A DNA stretch of 64,000 nucleotides from Paragordius varius (Eukaryota; Animalia; Nematomorpha), in the NCBI GenBank assembly GCA_964247055.1, contig OZ176054.1:12276001-12340000 (forward strand). Direction: 5' to 3'. The notes beneath the pieces are model-generated. The model saw only the letters and a list, made by a program, of their open reading frames with translations, made no database searches and was not told where the DNA came from. Shown here one piece after another: positions 41,111-53,485 of the stretch. Numbering within the stretch: position 1 is the stretch's first letter; each line of letters begins with the position of its first letter. Both the position numbers and the translations under genes were made by a program.

Positions 41111-41929
41111 TATCAAAAAAATTAAATAATTTGAATAATAATTTTATGATATGATAGTTAATCTTATAGAGGCCCGTTTTTATGACAAAACATTTACCAA
41201 ATTTTGCCCTCTTTGCTCCAACAGGACATTAAACAAATATTATTGAATAGTTTTTGGACCAAGGCCTAATTTTTTGTATTTCGATAAAAAGTACGTGCGC
41301 AGTTAGCTAGTTTAAAATGTCAATATTTGCTTCAAATTTTAAATCAAAACAACTTTTTTACAGTTAGATAAAAACTACAATAATATATTTCGATCATGCT
41401 AAAGGCACAATAACAAATCTGGTTAAACCTGATCTAAAATAGGGGTGTCAATAAGAGGCATGCAGATGATATTCGGTCTAATATATTTTGCATGCCCACA
41501 AAAAATTTGGATTTATACCAAATAGTAAGAAAATTCAAACAAAAATATGGTAACAATTTATTTTTTGATCTAAATAATCTCTTACTAATTTATGGCGCAA
41601 CGAACTAGCAAAATTGGAAATATATAGTGGTTATAATGTTGTCGCTACTTTTTTTATAGTTTTTTGTTTAGAAACAAATGAAATAATTATTTTAAATATT
41701 AAGGTATTTAAAAGTTATTATTTTAAATAATAAACAAAAAAATAACCTATTTATGAATACGGCTTGAGTTTAATTATATTTTTACAATGCAAGGGCTTGC
41801 ATGGAATAGGAGGGCGTGCCGTAACGGATTCATGCACTGGAAGGCGGCCTATCCTTTATGTTGAATGCCCCTTTTAAAACAAAATAATAGATAAATAGTC
41901 AAAATATAAGGTTTTACAATTAATTAAAT

Positions 41930-44358
41930 CAGTGGTACTCATCAAAAAAATTTGACGGGCCAAATATATTTTTTTTCGATAGCCATGAACCTTATAATGG
42001 CAAAATTTCATAGCTATTTGACACATATGCACATATTTATACTCTATATCAGCACATTTTACCGTATCGCATAATCCAGCAAAAAACTCGTTTTGCTCCA
42101 TTTAGTTTAAAAAATTAAAATATTTTGATAACAGCAGTATTGGACATTAACCAATAATTTTTGATAAATTTGGTTTCGCCTCATGACAGGCCAATTTTAC
42201 AAAGTCGTCCATATGATCATCGGTTAAGCGATTTCTGTATGTATTCTTTACATACTTCATTTTTGAATATGCCCTCTCACACGTGTAAGTTTGAGGGAAA
42301 AACAGTTAGGATCAATTGAGCTCATTTTTTTATATTTTCATATTTATTTGGAAGATCTTGCCAAAACTCTACATATCTTTCTTCCCTATGATTCTCCTTA
42401 AATATAGCCCCAAATTAGAATCATTAAAATCTGAGAATTCTTCAATGAAATGCGCCTGATCAAAACCGAAATGCTCAAGTTGCTTAATATTGGATATATC
42501 CATATGCCATGTATTTTCAACGATTTTTAAGCAATATAAAATATTTCTTTTGAAATCTGAATTTCATCTCATTAGATAAAAATGTTAAATGATTGTCTAT
42601 TAAATTAATCTCCGCGGTAAATTCCATGTTTTCTTCATGAATCGTTTTAAGTGTTGGAAAATATAGGAGAGTTTTATTGATAAAATCTTGTATATATATT
42701 TTAGTTTTCTTCATAAGCTAATATATGATTAGCAGATTGGGTTATTTTGCTCCCTTGAACTTGTATTAAAAATACTAAGTTTATAAGTAATATCGCAAAG
42801 GTCTAATAAAACCGACCATTTGTCACTATTAATTTCTTGTCAAACCTTCTGATACTTTTAAAAATATAGAATTTCTTGTCTTATAACAGAAAATCTTTTA
42901 AATACTTTGCTAAGGCTTAGCCATCTCACAGCGGTGTACAAAAGAATATCAAACTCACTGTGGATACCTTTCAAAAAGTTTATGAAACAGCGGTTGAATT
43001 CTCTGCAATGGATGTGGTTAACTATATACACAACCGTAAAAATAACTAAATGAAGTGATTCATTTTTACACACGAAACCAAGTTTTGCTGATGAATAACG
43101 CAGTGAAAGGATAAATATTTTGCAAATTATTTGCTTTTCAAAAGAGAAATAAATCATTGAGGGACAGCTATCTGTGCAGATCGAAACCAATTTTATCATA
43201 GATATATTATTATTATCGAAAAAAGCACTAATTATTTCGTGAAAACTTCCTTTCGTGGTTGGTAAAAATTTTAAATATTCCTCGTTGTGTTGTCGTTGAA
43301 ATCGCACGAATAGCGCACTTTGAGGTGTTGAACTTATATCATTGCTAGCTAATATCAATAGCAATACAAAAATATTTGCAGTTTTTCAGAGCTAATAATG
43401 TTTTGTTAAAAATATATTTAGACATATCTTCAATGCGTCGATTGAATCAGAAAAGTTTTTTAATTTGACTCATGATTTGATCTTGATTATTATTTATCAA
43501 ATAAAAAAGTGCAACCAATTATTAGACATTCTTTTATTAGTTGGGAATGGTTTTATATTTTTTCCTAAAAAATAGCAAATTTCATACGAAGTTAATGTTA
43601 AAGCTATTTCCTGGGAGAAAGCCATGGACATAATAGATTTTTCTTTCTGGTGTATTTTTCGTTTTCCGCATTATTTATGAGAAATTTGGATTGTAAAATG
43701 TATTTATAGTTATGTTGTCCTTACATATAAGGCAGGTAACAATAATTTAAAACAACAAAGAATTTTTCTTGCCATTCTTTTTTAAAGAACCGATTTTCAT
43801 CGGATAATTTAAGTTTTTTAGTATTGATGTCATCATTTAAATTTATGTTTAAATATTAAATAAAATGTTCCAAATAGGAATATAATTTGAATTACGCTAT
43901 AAAAACAAGTCGAAATTTAATTATTTAATGTGAAAATTTTTTTATGGGAATGAGTTATAAAAAATGATGAAGGATTGCAATGAAATATATATATATATAT
44001 ATACATATATATAAATGTATATATGCAAGTTTAGGTGAAAGGCTTGTTTAAATACAAAAAAGAATGCAATAAAAATTTCAAAATCGAAAAAAGAATACAG
44101 AAATAGAAACAACGTGCGCCAAAATTTTGAAATCATTTTAGTGTAGGGAAATTTTTCTACATTTCGAATTGGGTAAAAAATAACAATTACCAAAATTAAA
44201 TCTAAAAAAATAAATTAATATTAAAATAAGCGAAAATTCGTTTGTATGTTAAAAAAATTATCAATAAAAAAATAATTTGTATCAATATGGTTAAAGGACA
44301 ATTTTAAAGCGCTCTTAGGGCCGCATGCGGCCCGTGGGCCGCGGTTTGAGTACCACTG
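41930..44358 (-). mobile_element. hAT (Buster-like) transposon, same family as 5472-7312
   Basis: Perfect TIR cagtggtactca/tgagtaccactg; remnant VSICTDSCPSM...LLYTAVRWLS (42858-43364); absent from the right arm; TSD only 5/8. Confidence 0.9.
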
Positions 44359-44920
44359 TTTTAAACTAACAGACAAAATTATATAAGGGACATATTGTTA
44401 AAATCAAAAGACTAAAATTTTTTTATGTGGACAAATTTAATTATACGGACAAATTTTTTTATACGGACAAAAAACCGAAATAAGATATGGAGAGGAGCCC
44501 TCATCTATAATTAAATAAAAACCCTATGAGTTGGCTAAATGTTTACCATGTATAATTAAATTAAAACTATAACATAGCATTTGATATACACCGATTAAAA
44601 ATAAACCATTTTTTGATTAAACATCAATTAAGATAATATATGAATAGGATTTAATAAATCTCGCATTTTATTTAATTGAAAATAAGGCAAAATTTTCCTT
44701 TTACATTATTAACTCCAATCACCCTGTCATATAATTGTAAAATGTTATTATAACTATAATAATTTTAGAAAAGCTGCTTACTATGGAATATTATTCCAAA
44801 TTTTCATCATATTCATCTTATTTTAAACAATGTTTCCTACATATGCGTTTAAATCTTTTAATAAGGATAAATAAATAATATCAACAATCCAATGGACTTC
44901 TACACCGACTGTGTATTTTT

Positions 44921-45120
44921 AAATTACAGTATGAGTAAGCATACATTGCTAGAAAGTTATTAATTATTGCCAAATAGTAAATACAACAAAGGGCAGTATT
45001 ATTGGCTTATAGTTATTTTTTTACTTTTTACTATTATTAGCCAATAATACTGCCCTTTGTTGTATTTACTATTTGGCATTAATAACTTTTAGCAATGCAT
45101 ACTTACTCATACTATAATTT
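44921..45120. mobile_element. 200-bp palindromic MITE (family D)
   Basis: About 85-bp imperfect arms around a short loop; copy at 51546-51733 and half copy at 59083-59182. Confidence 0.7.
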
Positions 45121-45133
45121 ACATATCATCAAC

Positions 45134-45757
45134 TAGGGTTGTGCTGATCAAGTTATGACCCGGTGAGGGCAGTGACTATTTATTTTTTGACCATGGTCAT
45201 TAAAAAACAGCTGTTTTTTGAAAAATTGCTCGTAAATCTTTTTTGGATGAAACATGGTAAGATTTTATTGTTTTTTGATATATTTTTTTAAAAATAAAAA
45301 TTATATATTTAAATATGCTTATTTAACAATATTGTTAAACATGCATCCTTATAACATTTGCATTTAAGCATATTCAGTTATTTTGAAAATCAAAACGATC
45401 AAGCACTTTGCAAAATATGCAATTATTCCATATCTGTGAGCCAATAAAATAAAAAACATCCTATAATTGATATTTTTATGATGAAAGAAAGTGTCCAGTA
45501 TTAAAAGCTATCTCTTTGAAGATTGGCCATAAAATGTGGCAAAATTCCTTTGAAAACAAATTTCGTGATTAAATTTGACTGAAATTTGCAAATAATAAAT
45601 ATTAAAAAAATGTATAATAAACTAAAAATGACATAACGCAAGTGTAATTTGAATATTTTGACAATCCAATATCGCATGATACTTACTTAAGTAAAAAATG
45701 GTCATGACCATGGTCTGACCGGACTTTTTTGAAAAAGCAGTCAAATGCACAACCCTA
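45134..45757. mobile_element. hAT-type MITE, 624 bp
   Basis: TIR TAGGGTTGTGC/GCACAACCCTA; perfect 8-bp TSD TCATCAAC; empty site catatcatcaact at about 59184-59196. Confidence 0.82.
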
Positions 45758-45774
45758 TCATCAACTTAATATAT

Positions 45775-45916
45775 TATTAAGATAATAATTTGTATTCTCG
45801 TAAAATTTATTAAAATCAAACTATATCCAAAATTTTCGATACATGAGAGTATCTTTTTCAATGGATATAGTTTGATTTTAATAAATTTTACGAGAATACA
45901 AATTATTATCTTAATA
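45775..45916. mobile_element. Mutator-like MITE, 142 bp
   Basis: Perfect 55-bp TIR, 32-bp spacer, 9-bp TSD TTAATATAT; absent from the paralog at about 59200. Confidence 0.75.
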
Positions 45917-46514
45917 TTAATATATTATTTCTTAAGACAATTTCCAATTAAAGAGAATTTGTGACTCTGCTTAATTTTAGATGTCTTACCGTGTAAGCTC
46001 TTAAGCTGACGATTAGTCTACTTTTGATGATATTGTTAATCCCATAGAGCTCTTGTTTTTTCCATTCTTTACCGAATATTTAAACCCATTTAACAAAAAA
46101 AATAAATTTTTGATAAAATAAAGGCATGACTAATATAGTATGCATTTAATTGTCTGTTAAGTAAAATCACAAATAAAAGAAATGGTTTATCAAATGTGAA
46201 AAATACAGCTCCACAAAATTATTTCATATTACACCTATGAAAGAGGAATGAGGTGAGAATTATAGGCTTAATTTGATGGATGTTTTGTAATGCTAAATTT
46301 TGAGAATATTTTGGCAATTTATGTTTACATTTAAATTTATTTTTGATACGTATTTAGATGCGGAATTGTGTGGGTTTTTATGTTTAATAAATTAATAAAA
46401 AGAATATAGGAATTTTAAGATTTTTAAGATTATTCCTAATTAAATTTAATTAAATTTTCAACATGATAAATACCTCTATTGATACTATTATTTTATATAG
46501 TTGTTATTACTAAT

Positions 46515-49500
46515 TAAAAAATACACAAACAACATTTGGGTTTGTGAAATATGTAGATTTTAGATTTTTTGTTTTTTTTGGTTTTGCATTGTTAATTAAT
46601 AATAATTTTAAATATTATAACATATTAACAAATACAGGTAAAAATATTTGTTGTGAAAATTTATGTAGATTTGAGATTTTTTGTTTTTTAAGTTTTAAAA
46701 TGTTAATAATAATTTTTAATTATTTTTGACATATTAATAAATACTATTTTGTTGAGAAAATTTTTGTAGATTTAAGACTTTATGTTTTTTATGTTTTGAA
46801 TTGTTATTTTATAATAATTTTAAAATATTTTTGACATATTAATGAATACAGGTAAATATATTTGGGTTTGTGAATTAAGTAGATTTTTTTGTTTTTTAGG
46901 TTTTGCACTGTTTAATATTAATAATATATTTTTGATATTTTAATAAATACATGTATTACGGTTTTCAAATTTAGTAAAATTTTTATTTTTATTGTTTTTT
47001 TATTTAACATTCTTAATTGTTATCAATTATTAAACACTTTTGAAATATTGATAAATAGAGGTAAAAATTTCGGTTTTTAATAAATTTAGTTAAATTTTAA
47101 TTATTTTTATGTTTTTTATGTTTTGTATTGTTAATATTAATAATTTTTCATTATTTTTGACATTTTAATAAATAGAGGTAAAAATTGCGGTAAATTTAGT
47201 AAAATTTTTATTTTTTTGTTTTTTTATATAATATTGTCAATTGTAATTTATTACCGAATATTTTGGACGTTTCAATAAATACAAGTAACCGGTTTTTAAA
47301 AATTTAAATTTTTAATTTTTTTTAGTTTTTTATTGCGCATTAATATATTTTTTATTTTTGATATTTTAATAAATAGCAAAAAATGCGGTTAATTTAGGAA
47401 ATTTTTTTATTGTTTTTTTATTTAACATTGTTAATTGTAATTAATTACTCAATTTTAAAATCCTAATAATTACAGGTAATTGCGGATTTTTATTAACCGA
47501 TAACTATTCTTAGTATTTGCAATAAATAATGGAGATAAAATAATAATAAAAAACAAATTTAATAAAAAGAAAGTCTTTAATTATTCTTTAACGGCTTTTT
47601 GCCTAGGCTCAAATATTGTTTACTCGAAATCGACCATATTTAAACTTTCCTTTATTAAAGTTAATATTCAACTATCATTGGATTTATTGAATTTTTATCT
47701 AACGAAATTATGGTTAAAAGTTTTATTTTATTATGTTCACACAGTTGGGATCAAAGGATATAAAAAGTAAATCATTTGTAGTCCCCTTTTAAAGGAAAGA
47801 ATGATATTATACAAATTCCCCAAAAATGTGTTTAACTCTCGTATGGCTTCTTAAGTTTTTGAAATTTGCTCCAAAACCACGCCATTTTGCATGCCGTCTC
47901 AGTTTTAAACCAACTCTACCCATAGACCTATATGAAAAAAGCGCTGAGTTAAATTCCTTTTTGCCTTTATGGGGCATATATTTGGAATCATCTTTGATAC
48001 CATCGCCTCATGGGTTATTCGAAAAAATACCTCAAAACTAAATAATTGTTATAGGATGGCGTATTTCTAGGGCATAGAGGGCCTAAATTAACGGTAATAA
48101 AAAAAAGCCTGACCTTAATTTTACCTAGTTATGGGTAATATTTCCAGCTTTTAATGAGCTCATATGGCCTCATAAATTTTCCGAAAATTAGCTCCAAAGA
48201 TACGCAATTTCTATATAGTGGCGCAGTTTTTGACGGTCCTTACCCAGGGGCAGGTATAAGAGACGCTCGATAAAAAATTTTGCCTTTTCTTAATAATTTT
48301 TAAAGGAATAGCTTCAAAAACAAAGAATATATTAATGATAGCGCATTTTTTAGGGCCTAAAGAGCCTAATTAACAGATAATTTTTAAAAAAGCGCACGGC
48401 CTAATCTTTGCTTTGTTAGGGGTAATATTTTAAGCACCTATTAAAATCATATGGCCTAATGGGTTTTCTAAAATTTAGCCGCAAGGGCACGCTATTTCGA
48501 TATGACGGGGTAGTTTTTAGCGGGTATTACTTACCCAACAGCCAATATATTGCCTTTTAACGAGAAATACCTGGAATCCTCATTTAATTTTTACGTTTTC
48601 ATACCTTGGGCAAAAAATAGATATCAAAAAATTATTTTTGTGGACTTAATTTTGAAAAAAGTGGAATTTGACGGGGTAGAGGGTAAAAAGACGGCCTATC
48701 CAAAAAAGCGAGCCGATTATGTTCGGCGTAATCTAAGAAAAGTAAAATAATTCATATTTGAAATCGAATTGTCCACCAAGTTTTCCGGAAGATAGTCCCA
48801 AAGACACGATTGTGGACTGCTGCTTTCAAAAAACCGTTTTTTACAAGGGGTGGGCTAAGCTATTGTCGGGGCATTGATTAATGATTATATTTTTTCGACA
48901 TTTGGATATGAATGGGTCTCTCGGCTTTCCGGACAGATCACAAAGCCAGCATTTTCCATTTTCAAAAAAATTTATAGATTAACTGGAATTAATTACTACA
49001 TATTTTGGACATTTTAATAAATACAGACAAAAAATTGCGGTTTTTAATAAATTTAGTAAAAAGTCTTATTTTTTCGTTTTTATATTTAACATTGTTAAAT
49101 TACTAAATATTTTTGACATTTTAATAAATCAGGTAAAAATTGCGGTAAATTTAAAAATTTCATTTTTTTGTTTTTTATTTAACATTAATAATAATTAATA
49201 ACTAAATATTTTTGACATTTTAATAAATACAGGTATTGAATTTTTATATTGGTTAGGTGGTTGTTAAAATATACATAGTTAGATTTTAATAATTAATATG
49301 TCAAACATAAAACCACATGCATTTTTACCTGTATGCATAGATATCTTAACTATATTTAATATATGTGGTTATCAATGTAAAATAAAAAAATAATTTTCCT
49401 GCCGCAAACCATCGTAATTTTTTCCTGTATATATCAATGTATTAAAAACATATAGTATTTTATAACAATTAGCAAGGTTGAACTAAAAAATTAAAATTTT

Positions 49501-49885
49501 TACTAAATTTATTAAATTTTACCTGTATTTATTAAAATGTCCAAAAATTTTACTAAATTTACCGTTTTACCTATATTTGTTAATATGTAAAAAATATTTA
49601 TAATTTTTTATTAATTAACAATTCAATACTTAAAAACAGAGAAACCCAAAATCTAAACAGAGAAACCCAAAATCTAAATAAACAAACCCAAATATTTTTT
49701 CCTGTATTTATTAATATGTCAAAAACATTTAAAAAATTATTATTAATTAACAATGCAAAACCTAATAAACAAAAAAATCTAAATTCTTCATATATTTTCA
49801 AAAACCCAAATTTATTTACATGTATTTATTATTGTCAAAAATATTTAATTATTAATTAACAATTCAAAACATAAAAGACATAAAC
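46515..49885. repeat. Foldback-like element: arms of degenerate ~95-120 bp tandem units, inverted around about 49280
   Basis: Anchor taataaatacaggtaaaaa recurs on + from 46628 to 49222 and as tttacctgtatttatt from 49326 to 49830; 46520-46640 matches the reverse complement of 49680-49830. Confidence 0.55.
47497..48978 (-). mobile_element. Non-autonomous Helitron, second copy, 3' end lost
   Basis: Collinear with 760-1947; 5' end A|TCTATAAA at 48978; hairpin and CTAG missing. Confidence 0.75.
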
Positions 49886-50089
49886 ATCAACACAATGGTA
49901 TTTGATTGCAATTAATAAATAATCGGAAAAATATAATAACGTTAAATGTGTATAACTTCAATTATTTGTTGTTTTTTACCCATATACTACTGTTTGCTAT
50001 ACGGCAATCAAAAAATGTTTACCAACATAAATGTGCATACTCTAAATATATATTATAAATGTATTGGCCTCTTGTCAAAAATACCTAGT

Positions 50090-50550
50090 TTCTGACACGT
50101 CCCGCTTTAAACGCAGCGGTCTTTTACAGTTCCATATAGAAACTATAGTCTCTCCAGAATGGAGAAAGGAGATATGTCCATGCTTAGGGATTGCTAGTTC
50201 CTAGAGCCTTTTCTTTCTTAAAGCCCCTATACGGTCTGGGCACCGTACTCGGAGTGTATTGGCCTGATAATCAATGGCCCCATCTATCGGCGTGCGTTCC
50301 TACTCCCAACAGTTTGCCAACCTTGTTGGAGGCTTGCTGTCCTGTGTCGCTTAGGTTCGACACCCGCATCTTTATATCGAGTATATAGTTAACCTTTTCG
50401 ATCGTAACCGTACCGTTTTGTAGCAGTTAAGCTCTCATACCGCCACGACTCTGAGATCCTCCAATGCCGACCCAACCCTCCCGTTGGCCGTCATGAAACC
50501 GCTGACGTTGCCCGGTGATCACCACCTGGAGGTGGGAGGATTTGACCACC
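50090..50550 (-). mobile_element. Short non-autonomous retroelement (461 bp) beginning with an HDV-like ribozyme
   Basis: GC-rich island flanked by TSD (C)AAAAATACCTAGT at 50076-50089 and 50550-50563; single-copy empty site at 60198-60211. Confidence 0.85.
50474..50550 (-). ncRNA. HDV-like self-cleaving ribozyme (77 nt)
   Basis: P1 GGTGGTC/GATCACC; P2 ATCCTCCC/GGGAGGGT; P3 ACC/GGT; L3 TCCAGGT; P1.1 CC/GG; GCAA junction; P4 CGTCA/TGACG; G-C-C-A-A with the catalytic C in the genomic-HDV register. Confidence 0.85.
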
Positions 50551-50913
50551 AAAAATACCTAGTACACCCATCAAAATAAAACTTTATTTAATTTTATTTA
50601 TACCATTCCAAACTATTTTTTTTGTTTTTTATCATGTACACATAATCGTTTTTTCATCTATATAAATCAATTTTATCTCAATTTGATAATTTCAGATAAA
50701 ATTAAATAATATTTATCTGATGTAACACACATATGGAAATAGTGATTTCATCTCTGAATTTATTTGATGATTGTACAAAAAATCGTTGTGCTAGACGCTC
50801 ATCGCCTCATCTTCATCTTTACGTTCGGAACCAAACCTAGAAGACACATAATATATCCTTATCTGTATAACACAGCCTATATCTATTATTTAAAATGTTT
50901 GGGATGCTTAATA

Positions 50914-51122
50914 CAGTCATGTATCTTTTTTTATCAAAATTTTTTTTTTCCCTTAAATGGGTATAAATATTTGGTAAAGTATGGAAAAAACAAAAGCTCT
51001 ATGGCAATTCTTACGCTTTTTTGATGAATAAATATTGTTTATACTATAGAGCTCTTGCTTTTTCCATTCTTTTACAAATATTTACACCCATTAATTTTTG
51101 ATAATATAAAGATACATGACTG
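50914..51122. mobile_element. Tc1/mariner-type MITE (CAGTCATG family)
   Basis: TA|CAGTCATGTATC ... GATACATGACTG long imperfect TIR; paralog at 59650-59872. Confidence 0.7.
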
Positions 51123-51545
51123 CATATTAATTTTATACACCATCATGAAATATTTTATATTTCAACAGGCTTATGTCAATGGTTAAAAATTTCTTCATTA
51201 CAATCATGAAAAAAAATGCAAAATGTTTTAGCCTTCTAATTTATGCGATCGATAGGGTAATCAGTAAGTGTTTTCAGAAGATATTTCTTAGGGCATTTAC
51301 CAGTGTTTTAATTTTTTTCTCGATTATTTATTATTTACAATACATTATCAATATATTGATGTTATTTTCAGATAAATATTATATTACTAAATAATCACTG
51401 CGTTTCTTTTACATTCATTTTAAAATAGTATTATAATTATATTTGATACCAAAGGCAGACGAATATTATTTAATCGTCTGCTTAAGAGCTTACACGGTAA
51501 GATATCTAAAATTAAGCAGAGTCCCAACTTCTGGTTAATTGGGTA

Positions 51546-51733
51546 AATAACAGTATGATACATTGCTAAAAAGTTATTAATTATTGCCAAATAGTAAATA
51601 CAACAAAAGGCAGTATTATTGGATAATAGTAGTAAAAAGTGAAAAAAATAACTATAACCCAATAATACTGCCCTTTGTTGTATTTACTATTTGGCAATAA
51701 TTAATAACTTTCTGGGTATGTATACTGTAATTT
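51546..51733. mobile_element. Palindromic MITE family D, right-arm copy
   Basis: Same hairpin as 44921-45120. Confidence 0.7.
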
Positions 51734-51979
51734 CAAAATACAGTTAATGTAGACCATTGGATTGTTAATATTTTGTATTTCTTATAAGATTTTTACGCAT
51801 ATGTGGATACATTGTTTAAATAGATTAATATGATAAAAATTTCGAATATAATTCCAATAGTAAAGTAGCTTCTCTAAAATGAGTATAGTTACAATAATGT
51901 TTTTTAAAAATTTAGAATTTTACAATTATATGACAGGGTGATTGGAGTAAATAATGGAAAAGGAAAATATGGCTTATTT

Positions 51980-53485
51980 TAATGTGACCAGATATTTTTA
52001 ACTTTGACGCAGTACAAAATTAAAACACACTTTGTTTTTACACCATCGGTGTGGTATATTAACACAGTACAAAAAATATCCTGATGAAACAAAATATTCT
52101 GATAGGAAAATATCAGGATTATCATGGTGTCTTTGGTTTTAACCTTTATTATTAAAGAGGGTTGTTTACACTTTTGTAATAAGTGCTCCGTATAAAATTG
52201 CAAAAGGTTCGCAATTTCAAATATATTTTGTGGTGAAAACTAAATACTTTATTTCAAAAAATATCACTAAAATATAACATAAACTACATATAAAAAGCAA
52301 AGCAATCTTTTTAAAAATTTTAATAGGTGGGGTCTAAAGGTCCCAAATTTTTTGGCTCTTTTGAAACATACGTTCTCTTAAAAAACGCAAAAATCCGACA
52401 TTGTGCAATTATTTCAATATGCTATATTTTGATATCAACTAAATATATTTTTAAAAAATGCATTCGAATATTTAATTTTTAGCAAAATTTTGTTGAAGCG
52501 TATTTCATACTATTTTGAGCACGATGGAAACGATATAAAGGGTTAAGATGTTGGACCATTTATATATATAATTCAATAATGCTAAACATTTTTCTCATAA
52601 TTTTGATTAAAATATTCGTTCGTTTTCAAATTTATGTCAAATAAAAAATTTTTTTACAAAAAATCACCAAAATCCAGCAAACAAACCTTTAAAAATAAAT
52701 TCTTAACCTATAGTAATGGTAATCAAAATCAAATTATTTTGAAAAAGGGTTTATTATATCTTAAAGCGTTATCCCGTTTCCATCATGCTTTAAAATAGTT
52801 TGAAGTACGCTTCAACAAAATATCTCAAATTTGTTTATGTAAAAAAATAAGTAAACTAAATATTAAAGTTTAGGGAAAAAATTAAGTGACACACCTCCCA
52901 CCTATGAGTATGGAAACTTAAAAACTCTTAATTATTACGAAATAAAGATTATTTTGAAATCATATGCCATATATAATAAATTATAATAGTTACAGGAATA
53001 ACAAATTTCTATATAATTTTCCGTTTGATAATTATAACAAAATAAATGTGATCAAACATTTATTAAATTATCATAAATTAATGTAAATTTCGGCAGCCCT
53101 GTGTGAAAGAGCCATAAGCCTGAAACTTACGGTGGAGTCCGAGATTTATAGTTTCGCCACTGCTCGATGCAATGAAAAGCGGTTTGATCGATCCAAAATC
53201 CAATTTTATGTATAATTATAGGAGAAATAATATTAACCAATTAATAATAGGTCAATCTTAGTTTTCCCCAAAATGAACCATTTCTTTACAAATTATGGGG
53301 TTGTTTTACAGAGGGTAATATAAAAAATAATATTTCTTATGAATAAATAAAAGGTAATTAATATATATTCATAATTAATTCACTTTTTTTTCAAAAAGCG
53401 GTACAAAAGTGGGCGCAGTACAGCCGCAGTTATTTTCTAAAAATCCAGTACTGTACTGCGAAAAACAGCCTATCTGGTCACTTTA
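51980..53485. mobile_element. Non-autonomous hAT element, 1506 bp
   Basis: TIR TAA(T/A)GTGACCAGATA (14/15); perfect 8-bp TSD GCTTATTT; empty site in the left arm near 44680; SAALCERAIS remnant near 53090 resembles the hAT C-terminal ER motif. Confidence 0.8.

Larger units (their letters stand above)
36671..46016. repeat. Left arm of large inverted segmental duplication
   Basis: Collinear reverse-complement homology to 51471-59071 (e.g. 36671 agataacttttgc pairs with 59071; gene exons; RTE fragment). Confidence 0.92.

Noticed and set aside
41775-41860. About 90-bp GC-richer patch present only in the left arm
   Set aside because: Bounded by short cggc(t/c)t microhomology with no structure or TE hallmarks; probably a simple deletion in the right arm.
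43086-43110. CTGATGA...GAAA hammerhead-like core (also near 6438)
   Set aside because: No convincing stems I-III; it is the antisense of hAT transposase codons (IHQQN).
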